A stretch of 12,763 bases of DNA, taken from contig JAQVMG010000038.1 of NCBI GenBank assembly GCA_028703755.1, positions 1-12,763 of the forward strand. The letters are read 5' to 3'. The position numbers and the translations under genes are program-made. The notes beneath the pieces are model-generated. The model was not told the DNA's origin and made no database searches. It saw only the letters and a list, made by a program, of their open reading frames with translations. The stretch is from Thermoplasmata archaeon. GTDB lineage: Archaea > Thermoplasmatota > Thermoplasmata > SG8-5. This document shows positions 6,874 through 12,763 of the stretch, piece after piece. The number at the start of each line of letters is the position of its first letter. Position 1 is the stretch's first letter.

Positions 6874-7532
6874 AGCTGGACATGCATATCCATTCCAATT
6901 TTTCGCCCGATGGAAAAGCCTCCCCCAGGCAGATTCTGAAGCAGGCAAAGAAGGCAGGCCTCGGCGGGCTCTGCATCTCTGACCACAACACCCTCAGGGG
7001 AAACACCGAAGCCAGGAAGATAGCCTCGGAATTCAGCATTGTACTTGTCCGCGGAATGGAGATATCCAGCTCGGAAGGCCACATACTCGGCTACGGAATT
7101 GCCGAGGAGGTTCCGCGCGACCTCAGTCCCGAAGAGACCCTTGAAAGAATCCGGGCACAGGGCGGCACCGCGGTGATACCGCACCCCTACAGATACTGGT
7201 CCGGTTTGGGTGGGTCAAGGACCGTTTCCGTTAAACCGGATGCGATCGAGGCGCTCAACTCCCATTCAACGAACAGCGACAACGCCCAGGCCAGGAAGCT
7301 GGCGGAATCCCTCGGCCTCCCGATGACTGCAGGCAGCGATTCCCACGAGCAGCCGACGGTCGGAAGGGCTTATGTCATTATTCCGGATGTCTCGACAGAG
7401 GAAGAAGTTATTGAGTCCATACTGTCGGGAAAGGCCAAAACCGCAGGACTGAGCCGGAACCTGGCGGGCACTCTCAAGGACCGAACGCTCACTGTGACCC
7501 AGTGGATGGGCCGCGGATTCAAGAAGATGTGA
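6870..7532 (+). CDS. PHP-domain metal-dependent phosphoesterase
   Basis: 220 aa. The N-terminal MKLDMHIHSNFSPDG (HxH motif), followed by ISDHNT, HPY and GSDSH, are the conserved metal-ligand blocks of the PHP (polymerase/histidinol-phosphatase) superfamily. Its ATG overlaps the metG stop (ATGA at 6870-6873). Confidence 0.8.
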   Translation: MKLDMHIHSNFSPDGKASPRQILKQAKKAGLGGLCISDHNTLRGNTEARKIASEFSIVLVRGMEISSSEGHILGYGIAEEVPRDLSPEETLERIRAQGGTAVIPHPYRYWSGLGGSRTVSVKPDAIEALNSHSTNSDNAQARKLAESLGLPMTAGSDSHEQPTVGRAYVIIPDVSTEEEVIESILSGKAKTAGLSRNLAGTLKDRTLTVTQWMGRGFKKM

Positions 7533-7533
7533 A

Positions 7534-7554
7534 TTTTTTTTCCCAACGGAAAAA
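7534..7554. terminator. Bidirectional oligo-T terminator region between the convergent PHP and Roadblock genes
   Basis: A T8 run at 7534-7541 sits immediately after the PHP stop. An A5 run at 7550-7554, which reads T5 on the minus strand, sits immediately after the Roadblock stop. A small TTTCC/GGAAA stem lies between them. Oligo-T tracts are the usual archaeal termination signal. Confidence 0.5.
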
Positions 7555-7914
7555 TTACAGCGCTTTTTCAAACTTCGGGACGAACCTGGCAAGAGTTTCA
7601 ATGAGCTTCTCGTCGGTCTCGCCAAGGCCTGCTTTCACAACCAGCACGGCTTTCGGACTCACGACGCCCAATCCCAGTTTTGAATGCTCGAGAATCACTG
7701 TGACGATCTTCAGCTTCTCTCTAAGTTCGGAAGTTGAAGTTTCAGCAGCCCCCAGCATTATTGCTGACATCGCAACGAACGTCTCGCCGTGGGCGCCCTT
7801 TGGGACATTGCCGGCGATATGCATGCCGCTGCGTGAAATAAGAATGGCATCGGTTATGCCTCCGGATGACTTGATTTCATCCAGAATCTCCTCAAGCGCT
7901 ACAAGGTTGGCCAT
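7555..7914 (-). CDS. Roadblock/LC7 (MglB-like) domain protein
   Basis: 119 aa. The pattern LEEILDEIKSSGGITDAILISRSGMHIAG...ETFVAMSAIMLGAAE...LVVKA is the typical Roadblock/LC7 alpha-beta sandwich signature as I remember it. The opposite-strand ORF at 7502-7921 is low-complexity and is rejected. Confidence 0.8.
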   Translation of the reverse strand: MANLVALEEILDEIKSSGGITDAILISRSGMHIAGNVPKGAHGETFVAMSAIMLGAAETSTSELREKLKIVTVILEHSKLGLGVVSPKAVLVVKAGLGETDEKLIETLARFVPKFEKAL

Positions 7915-8219
7915 GCAATAGTATCAGGAAGGTATCTCCTGCCCTCACTGTGTAATGGTAAATAAACTCGGGTTGAAATAGTTTGCCCCCGGCAATCTTT
8001 TCGATTCAAAATTGCCGATTGCCGGGAAGACTGGTGTGTGTATCCGTTATGTAATTGTTCACACACGGCGAATGCTCTTTATTGAATGGATTTATTCATC
8101 GCATTCACCAATTGCAATCAAAATAATATGAGTAAATGGCACTGATTTAGTTGCTATCAGATGTCGTGCCATCGTCAAATTCGTTGCAGAAGATTGCTGG
8201 AGTTGAATTCAACACATTG

Positions 8220-8241
8220 CTGGCGTTCAGAAAAACGCCAG
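8220..8241 (-). terminator. Hairpin immediately downstream of glnS
   Basis: CTGGCGTT at 8220-8227 pairs exactly with AACGCCAG at 8234-8241 around a 6-nt loop. It begins 2 nt after the glnS stop codon (TGA, 8246-8244 on the minus strand). Confidence 0.5.
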
Positions 8242-8243
8242 TT

Positions 8244-9896
8244 TCACGGGCCTTTTGCATATGAGTCTTTGAGGCTCACAGTCCGGTTGAAAACCATTCT
8301 TCCGGGCGCCGTGTCGGGGTCCAAGCAGAAATAGCCCAGCCGCTCCATCTGAACCCTGTCGCCGGCCTTCAGATTGGCGGCGGCCGGCTCTATCCTGCAG
8401 TCTTTCAGTACAGTCAGTGAATCGGGGCTGAGGTAATCCCGGAAATTGCCGGGTTGGCTGCCAGGGTCCTCGCAGGTGAAAAGTTTATCGTACATCCTCA
8501 CCTCCGCAGGCACAGACTTGGTTGCCGAGACCCAGTGCATCGTGCTCTTGACCCTGCGGCCGTCCGGTGAGTTGCCTCCCCTGGTGGCCGGGTCCACGGT
8601 GCATCTCAGTTCGGTGACATTGCCCTCGGAATCCTTGACGACGCTGTTGCAAGTCAGGAAATACGCGACCCTGAGTCTGACTTCCCTTCCCGGAGCCAGC
8701 CTGAAAAATTTCTTCTCCGGGACTTCCATGAAATCATCCCTCTCGATGTAAATCTCACGCGTGAAAGGAACCTTCCTGGTGCCTGCGTTCGGGTCTTCGG
8801 GATTGTTCAGAGCATCCATCTCCTCGAAGTGGTCTTCAGGCAGGTTGTCGATGACGACCTTCAGCGGGTTGAGGACGCCCATGAACCTGGGCGCGACTCT
8901 GTTCAGCTCCTCTCTGACGCAGTGTTCCAGTATGCTGATGTCAATCACATTGTGCGATTTGGCGATGCCTATGCGTCTGCAGAAATCCTTGATGGCTTCC
9001 GGCGGGTATCCTCTCCTCCTCATGCCGCACACAGTGGGCATCCGAGGGTCATCCCAGCCGTTGACATGTTTACCGTTGACAAGTTCCAGCAATAACCGCT
9101 TGCTCATTACTGTATAGGTGAGATTGAGGCGGGCGAACTCTATCTGCCTCGGGTGATAGATGCCCAGCTGGTCTATGAACCAGTCATAGAGCGGGCGGTG
9201 GTTCTCATATTCCAATGAGCAGAGTGAGTGGGTAATTCCCTCAATCGAGTCCTCCAGGCCGTGGGCCCAGTCGTACATCGGGTAGATGCACCATTTATTC
9301 CCCTGCCTGTGGTGTTCCCTGTGCAGTATCCTGTACATGATTGGGTCGCGCATGTTCATGTTCGGGTGAGCCATGTCTATCCTGGCCCTGAGGGATTTTG
9401 TGCCGTCAGGGAACTCGCCCGCTCGCATCCTCGTGAAGAGGTCCAGGTTCTCCTCGGGGGTCCTGTCGCGGAACGGGCTGTTGCGGCCGGGCGTCTTGAG
9501 GTCGCCGCGATACTGGCTTATCTCGTCAGGAGTTAAATCGTCAACGTAGGCCTTTCCGGCTTTTATCAGCTGGACTGCCCATTCATACATCTGTTCGAAA
9601 TAATCCGATGCGAAGAAGAGCCTATCTTCCCAGTTTGCGCCAATCCAGCGGACATCCTCGATGACGCCGTCAACGTATTCCTGGTCTTCCTTGGCGGGGT
9701 TCGTATCGTCGAAGCGCAGATTGAACTTGCCGTTGTAATCCAGAGCTATGCCGTAATCAATCCATATGGCCTTGGCGTGGCCGATGTGGAGGTAGCCGTT
9801 CGGTTCGGGCGGAAACCTGGTGTGCGCTCGGTTGAACCTGCCTGTCTTTAAGTCCTCGTCTATGGCCTCCCGAATGAAATCCTTTGGCTGTTCCAT
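8244..9896 (-). CDS. glnS: Glutaminyl-tRNA synthetase (bacterial-type, about 550 aa, no eukaryote-style N-terminal extension)
   Basis: It is collinear with E. coli GlnRS as I recall it. Shared blocks include [28 protein letters not shown] (HIGH), [14 protein letters not shown]-type [57 protein letters not shown] (KMSKS), DDPRMPT and GYFCLD near the C terminus. GGTGA lies 5-9 nt upstream of the ATG at 9896. Confidence 0.93.
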   Translation of the reverse strand: MEQPKDFIREAIDEDLKTGRFNRAHTRFPPEPNGYLHIGHAKAIWIDYGIALDYNGKFNLRFDDTNPAKEDQEYVDGVIEDVRWIGANWEDRLFFASDYFEQMYEWAVQLIKAGKAYVDDLTPDEISQYRGDLKTPGRNSPFRDRTPEENLDLFTRMRAGEFPDGTKSLRARIDMAHPNMNMRDPIMYRILHREHHRQGNKWCIYPMYDWAHGLEDSIEGITHSLCSLEYENHRPLYDWFIDQLGIYHPRQIEFARLNLTYTVMSKRLLLELVNGKHVNGWDDPRMPTVCGMRRRGYPPEAIKDFCRRIGIAKSHNVIDISILEHCVREELNRVAPRFMGVLNPLKVVIDNLPEDHFEEMDALNNPEDPNAGTRKVPFTREIYIERDDFMEVPEKKFFRLAPGREVRLRVAYFLTCNSVVKDSEGNVTELRCTVDPATRGGNSPDGRRVKSTMHWVSATKSVPAEVRMYDKLFTCEDPGSQPGNFRDYLSPDSLTVLKDCRIEPAAANLKAGDRVQMERLGYFCLDPDTAPGRMVFNRTVSLKDSYAKGP

Positions 9897-9932
9897 GCTC
9901 TCACCGTGATACCGATTCCGAATATTGTCGCC

Positions 9933-10358
9933 CTATTTCATATTGCTGGTAACCGTGAGCCCGCAGTGCTTCACGCCGCGGACTGACCTGGCCGCGTCTG
10001 AGAACGCCTTGATCTCCGCCGGCAAGCCCCTGATCGCCAGAATTTCCAGACAGTTGTGATGGTCCAGATGGATGTGCATCGTGGAATATATCTCCACTTT
10101 GGCTTCATGCTGAAGTTCCAGCAGCCTGTTCACAACCTCTGAGGTGTGGTGGTCATAGACCATCGAAACGACTCCGACGACCTGTTCCTTTCCCACGGTC
10201 CAGGCAGTCTCCACCATGCTGTTCCTAATCAAGTCGGCAATAGCCTTCGAACGGTTGCCGTAACCCATTTCCTCAATCTGGCTGTCGAATTTTTCAAGCA
10301 AATCTGTGGGCAGAGATACCCCGAATCTGGTTATTTCTTCCATGTCACTCCCAGACAT
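9933..10358 (-). CDS. nikR: Nickel-responsive transcriptional regulator NikR
   Basis: It has an N-terminal ribbon-helix-helix (RFGVSLPTDLLEKFDSQIEEMGYGNRSKAIADLIR). Its C-terminal metal-binding domain has the conserved His/Cys pattern (YDHH...HIHLDHHNCLE...VKHCG). The alternative start ATG 10343 (MEEITRF) has GGGAG upstream and fits the TATA-like box at 10371-10381 better. Confidence 0.88.
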   Translation of the reverse strand: MSGSDMEEITRFGVSLPTDLLEKFDSQIEEMGYGNRSKAIADLIRNSMVETAWTVGKEQVVGVVSMVYDHHTSEVVNRLLELQHEAKVEIYSTMHIHLDHHNCLEILAIRGLPAEIKAFSDAARSVRGVKHCGLTVTSNMK

Positions 10359-10447
10359 AATTGTGGCACGATATTATAAAAGTTGGCACGGGGTTTATAT
10401 ATCTCCTGGATTTCTCCCATGTTACCATTTAAACAATCGTGACACGG
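10357..10447. promoter_or_regulatory. Divergent nikR / nikM promoter-operator region with repeated GTGGCACG-type boxes
   Basis: Three related boxes are present: GTGGCACGAT at 10363-10372, TTGGCACGGG at 10383-10392, and the inverted ATCGTGACAC at 10436-10445, which matches the reverse complement of the first box at 9 of 10 positions. There is a dyad ATAAT-N11-ATTAT at 10357-10377. TATA-like ATATTATAAAA at 10371-10381 would serve nikR. ATTTAAA at 10427-10433 is centred 26 nt upstream of the nikM ATG at 10456. Confidence 0.4.
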
Positions 10448-10455
10448 TGAATAAG

Positions 10456-11136
10456 ATGCACATCCCGGACGGACTGATGGCCCCGGCGGTTTCCGCCTTT
10501 GGTTGGCTCATAGCCATTCTCTTCATTGCCCTCTCGGTACGCCTTCTCAACAGAAAACTGGATGACCGCCAGATTACCCTGATGGCCGTTCTTGCCGCAG
10601 GAATATTCGTCGCCCAGATGCTGAATTTCCCAATCGGCGGCGGAACGACCGGTCATCTGATAGGCGCGGCTCTGGCCTCGGTCATTCTGGGTCCGTTGGC
10701 CGCCATGTTGATTCTCACGGTCATTCTTGTGATCCAGGGCCTTGTATTCGGCGACGGCGGACTCACTGCCCTTGGACTCAACATCCTCAACATGGCAATC
10801 ATCGGCTGCCTGGTGGGCTGGTACGCTTACCGGGCTTTTCCCCAAAGATCTCAAACCGCCGGTATTCTTGCGGCAGCCTGGCTGTCGGTATTTGCATCGG
10901 CTTTCGCATGCTCCGCAGAGCTTGCTTTGAGCTACAGCCTCTCCGGCGGGGCTTACGGAATTTCAGGTGTCATTGCGTTCCCAACCATGTTGGTTTCCCA
11001 TGCGGTTATCGGCATCGGCGAAGCCATTATCACCGGCGGAATCGTAGCCTATCTGGCAAAGGTCTCCCCCGGAATGCTCAGGCTGCCCAAACTCGCTTAC
11101 CTGAACTCAGAAAAGGAGGCGGTCGCAGATGCGTGA
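10456..11136 (+). CDS. cbiM: ECF-type Ni/Co transporter substrate-capture component (CbiM/NikM)
   Basis: It starts with the family-defining N terminus MHIPDG, followed by multiple transmembrane segments, and is 226 aa long. The 50 upstream codons of the track ORF (from 10306) overlap nikR and the promoter region and are rejected. The neighbouring nikR suggests nickel specificity. Confidence 0.9.
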   Translation: MHIPDGLMAPAVSAFGWLIAILFIALSVRLLNRKLDDRQITLMAVLAAGIFVAQMLNFPIGGGTTGHLIGAALASVILGPLAAMLILTVILVIQGLVFGDGGLTALGLNILNMAIIGCLVGWYAYRAFPQRSQTAGILAAAWLSVFASAFACSAELALSYSLSGGAYGISGVIAFPTMLVSHAVIGIGEAIITGGIVAYLAKVSPGMLRLPKLAYLNSEKEAVADA

Positions 11137-11413
11137 GCTTCTGACCCGAAAAAGCGTGAAAATATTCGCAGCCATCATAATCATCTTCGCAGTCGGCCTT
11201 GTCGGATTCTACATTTTCTCCGCGCCTTACGGGGACGGGCTTGAGACCACCATGGACGAAGCCGATTTCGCGGAATCTGAACCTGCCTACGAAGGTCCGC
11301 TGGATTACGGAGAGAATTACATAGCCAGCCTTGCCTTTGGCATCATCGGTTTCATCATCACTCTGCTGGTTGTTTTCATGCTGGCCAGGTTGCTGAAAAA
11401 GAATGAAGCATGA
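11129..11413 (+). CDS. Small membrane component of the Ni/Co ECF transporter, PDGLE-domain (NikN-like)
   Basis: 94 aa with an N-terminal TM helix, then SAPYGDGLE (compare the PDGLE motif), an acidic linker and a C-terminal TM helix. AGGAGG at 11114-11119 lies 9 nt upstream of the ATG. It overlaps the cbiM stop by 8 nt and sits between the M and Q genes. Confidence 0.7.
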   Translation: MRELLTRKSVKIFAAIIIIFAVGLVGFYIFSAPYGDGLETTMDEADFAESEPAYEGPLDYGENYIASLAFGIIGFIITLLVVFMLARLLKKNEA

Positions 11414-12128
11414 TTCCGTTGACAGTTATTCTGGGACATCGGCATTTTCCGCCTTCGACCCGAGAGCAAAATTCATCGGCATCCTGGTCTTCGCAGTCCT
11501 GATTTCCTTCCTCCAGGACATTTTGCTTCTGCTCATATCCGCATCCTTCATGCTCTGCCTTCTCGCGTTGTCCGGAATTCCGGCGCGCCACATTGCCGGG
11601 AGGTACGCCATTGCATTTCCATTCGCGCTGTTCGCCGCCATCACAATGTGGTGGACATCCGGTGAGGTCCAGGCAACGGCCATGTTCCTGAGGATAACCG
11701 CCTCGGTCCTCGGCCTCATCCTGCTCATCACTACAACCCCCTTCTTTGAGCTTCTGAAAGGCCTTCAGCGGCTTCATGTTCCTGAGGTCATGACAACGCT
11801 TTTGATGTTCACATACAGATACATCTTCGTATTTTCCGAGGAACTGGCCAGGATGAAGATCGCCCGGAAGGCCAAGGCCTACAGGGCCGGCGGAAATTTC
11901 CTCCACAGGAACACAATGCGTACGGTTTCCAACACAGCCGGGATGGTGCTGGTGCGGGCCTACGAGATAGGTTTGCGCGTGTTTGATTCCCTGAGGATGA
12001 AAGCGTATGATGGCCGCATACGCACACTCACAGAACTGAGGTTCGCTTCCTGGGATTATGCATTTTGCGCGGTGCTGGTGTTTATGCCGCTCCTTCTGGT
12101 GTGCGTCGAATGGGGGTTGATTCTCTGA
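11403..12128 (+). CDS. cbiQ: ECF transporter transmembrane T component (CbiQ/NikQ)
   Basis: 241 aa and polytopic. It has the CbiQ-like N terminus FDPRAKFIGILVF and the conserved cytoplasmic ARxxR-type helix region (EELARMKIARKAKAY). It overlaps the preceding gene by 11 nt. Confidence 0.85.
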   Translation: MKHDSVDSYSGTSAFSAFDPRAKFIGILVFAVLISFLQDILLLLISASFMLCLLALSGIPARHIAGRYAIAFPFALFAAITMWWTSGEVQATAMFLRITASVLGLILLITTTPFFELLKGLQRLHVPEVMTTLLMFTYRYIFVFSEELARMKIARKAKAYRAGGNFLHRNTMRTVSNTAGMVLVRAYEIGLRVFDSLRMKAYDGRIRTLTELRFASWDYAFCAVLVFMPLLLVCVEWGLIL

Positions 12129-12763
12129 GCGCCATAAAACTAGAAGGAATATCTTTCGAATACGATGACGGCATCCGCGCCCTGGAAAATATAAACCTAC
12201 AAATTCCCGAAGGCCGATGTGTTGCCATCCTCGGGCCAAACGGCGCGGGAAAATCCACCCTCCTTAAGATAACGGCAGGGTTGCTTGCTCCGACCAAGGG
12301 AAAAATATCCGTATTCGGGAAAGAACTGGCTGCAAAAGTCGTCTGCCGCGATGTGGGCATGGTCTTTCAGGACCCGGACGACCAGATATTCATGCCCCGC
12401 GTCCGGGATGATATCGCTTTCGGTCCGATCAATCTGGGACTTGAAAAAGCCGAGGTCGAGAGGCGAGTGGAAAAAGCCATGAAGATATCCGGCATCGAAG
12501 GCTTCGATGACAGGGTTCCGCATCATTTGAGCTACGGCGAGAAGAAGCGTGTTGCGATGGCCGGGATACTTGCCATGGAACCGAAGATTCTGCTGCTGGA
12601 CGAGCCGACTGCCAACCTGGACCCGGAATCAAGGGCCGGAATCATGACGTTCATCAAAGGCCTTGGGAAAACCGTGGTCCTGGCCACCCACGACATCGAG
12701 GCCGCGGCGGAGATGGCCGACATGATTTACGTTCTGGACGGGAATGTACTGGCACATGGCACG
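12110..12763 (+). CDS. cbiO: ECF transporter ATP-binding component (CbiO/NikO), 3' end beyond the window
   Basis: This gene is not in the ORF track because no stop is reached. The frame from ATG 12110 reads MGVDSLSAIKLEGISFEYDDG. It contains Walker A GPNGAGKST, the Q-loop, the ABC signature LSYGEKKRV and Walker B ILLLDEPT. It overlaps cbiQ by 19 nt. Confidence 0.9.
   Translation, partial: MGVDSLSAIKLEGISFEYDDGIRALENINLQIPEGRCVAILGPNGAGKSTLLKITAGLLAPTKGKISVFGKELAAKVVCRDVGMVFQDPDDQIFMPRVRDDIAFGPINLGLEKAEVERRVEKAMKISGIEGFDDRVPHHLSYGEKKRVAMAGILAMEPKILLLDEPTANLDPESRAGIMTFIKGLGKTVVLATHDIEAAAEMADMIYVLDGNVLAHGT

Noticed and set aside
7502-7921. 139-aa plus-strand ORF overlapping the Roadblock gene
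   Set aside because: The translation is Ser/Thr/Phe-rich and low-complexity, whereas the minus-strand product has a clear Roadblock/LC7 pattern. The ORF would also have to read through the T8 terminator tract.
8161-8334. 57-codon plus-strand ORF (MSCHRQIRCRRLLEL...) starting in the glnS-Roadblock intergenic region
   Set aside because: More than half of it is antisense to the glnS 3' end and it runs through the glnS terminator hairpin. It has no ribosome-binding or promoter signal and no recognisable motif.
11376-12239. 287-aa minus-strand ORF
   Set aside because: It is antisense to cbiQ and the start of cbiO. Its sequence is Cys/His/Gly/Arg-rich and non-homologous-looking, while the plus-strand genes have clear ECF transporter motifs and operon-style overlaps.

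Overview
This looks like an archaeal chromosomal segment made mostly of housekeeping genes. Three things point to an archaeon. The tRNA-Phe has a CTGAAGA anticodon loop with G37 and no encoded CCA. A/T-rich BRE/TATA-like boxes sit about 25-30 nt upstream of several start codons or of the tRNA. Oligo-T tracts lie between convergent genes. Left to right the window contains:
- the 3' end of a form-III-type RuBisCO large subunit
- a GTP-dependent PEP carboxykinase
- about 300 nt of non-coding DNA packed with degenerate direct and inverted copies of the 3' end of the adjacent tRNA-Phe(GAA)
- an acyl-CoA dehydrogenase
- an AqpM-type aquaporin
- MetRS with an EMAPII/Trbp111-like C-terminal domain, overlapping a PHP phosphoesterase by ATGA
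- a Roadblock/LC7 protein
- a 329-nt hairpin-rich intergenic region
- a bacterial-type glutaminyl-tRNA synthetase
- NikR, divergent from an ECF-type Ni/Co importer (M, PDGLE-type N, Q, and an O ATPase truncated by the window end)

I found no CRISPR array, transposase, integrase or recognisable defence system. Two observations stand out. One is the tRNA-Phe-derived repeat and hairpin cluster at 2261-2536. The other is a full-length GlnRS in a context that looks archaeal. Everything rests on reading the sequence and on remembered family motifs; no searches were run.
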